Assembly (NCBI RefSeq): GCF_001194135.2
Contig: NC_068987.1
Coordinates: forward strand, 38,246,131-38,310,130
Direction: 5' to 3'
DNA length: 64,000 bases
DNA from: Octopus bimaculoides
Lineage: Eukaryota
This document shows positions 63,881-64,000 of this stretch, piece by piece. Under the pieces are notes generated by a model, which saw only the letters and a program-made list of their open reading frames with translations, was not told where the DNA came from and ran no database searches. The translations under genes were made by a program, and so were the position numbers. Positions within the stretch are counted from its first letter, which is position 1; each line of letters begins with the position of its first letter.

Positions 63881-64000
63881 CTTTTATATGTGGCAGATGT
63901 TCAGGTGCAATAAACACTGAAAATGTGCAGAAAACAACTTCTGTCACATTCCAGGGAGAAAAACTGGACGTAGTTGTTAGCTTCCGATATCTGGGTGACC
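63881..64000 (+). mobile_element. RTE post-RT segment, runs off the window
   Basis: ICGRCSGAINTENVQK..GEKLDVVVSFRYLGD. Confidence 0.8.

Overview
Eukaryotic, AT-rich, repeat-dense DNA from a draft assembly with several N gaps. The two tRNA-derived SINE families and the microsatellite load suggest a coleoid cephalopod, most likely Octopus (inference). The window reads as intronic or intergenic, and I could not confidently identify any intact host protein-coding gene; only low-confidence splice-signal and exon candidates are listed. Decayed mobile elements include RTE LINEs, an R4/Dong-type LINE, Penelope-like element (PLE) fragments, four Tc1/mariner lineages (mariner, DD37D maT, DD41D rosa, Tc1), a complete but decayed Ty3/Gypsy provirus with LTRs, PBS, PPT and a 5-bp TSD, a second Gypsy fragment and a Helitron. 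The best lead is a ~760-bp fold-back element at 3.3-4.1 kb with a type I hammerhead ribozyme motif in each inverted arm. It abuts a truncated tRNA-like (A-box) head, and the same juxtaposition recurs at 17.1 kb. A third hammerhead-like motif at 36.9 kb overlaps a perfect 32-bp hairpin. Also notable are two RTE copies with twin-priming-like 5' inversions, local template-switch rearrangements, SINEs stacked in (ATT)n tails, and two outward-facing splice donors around a CpG-enriched core at 23.8-24.0 kb. All alignments, folds and most boundaries were made by eye and are approximate unless exact motifs are quoted.
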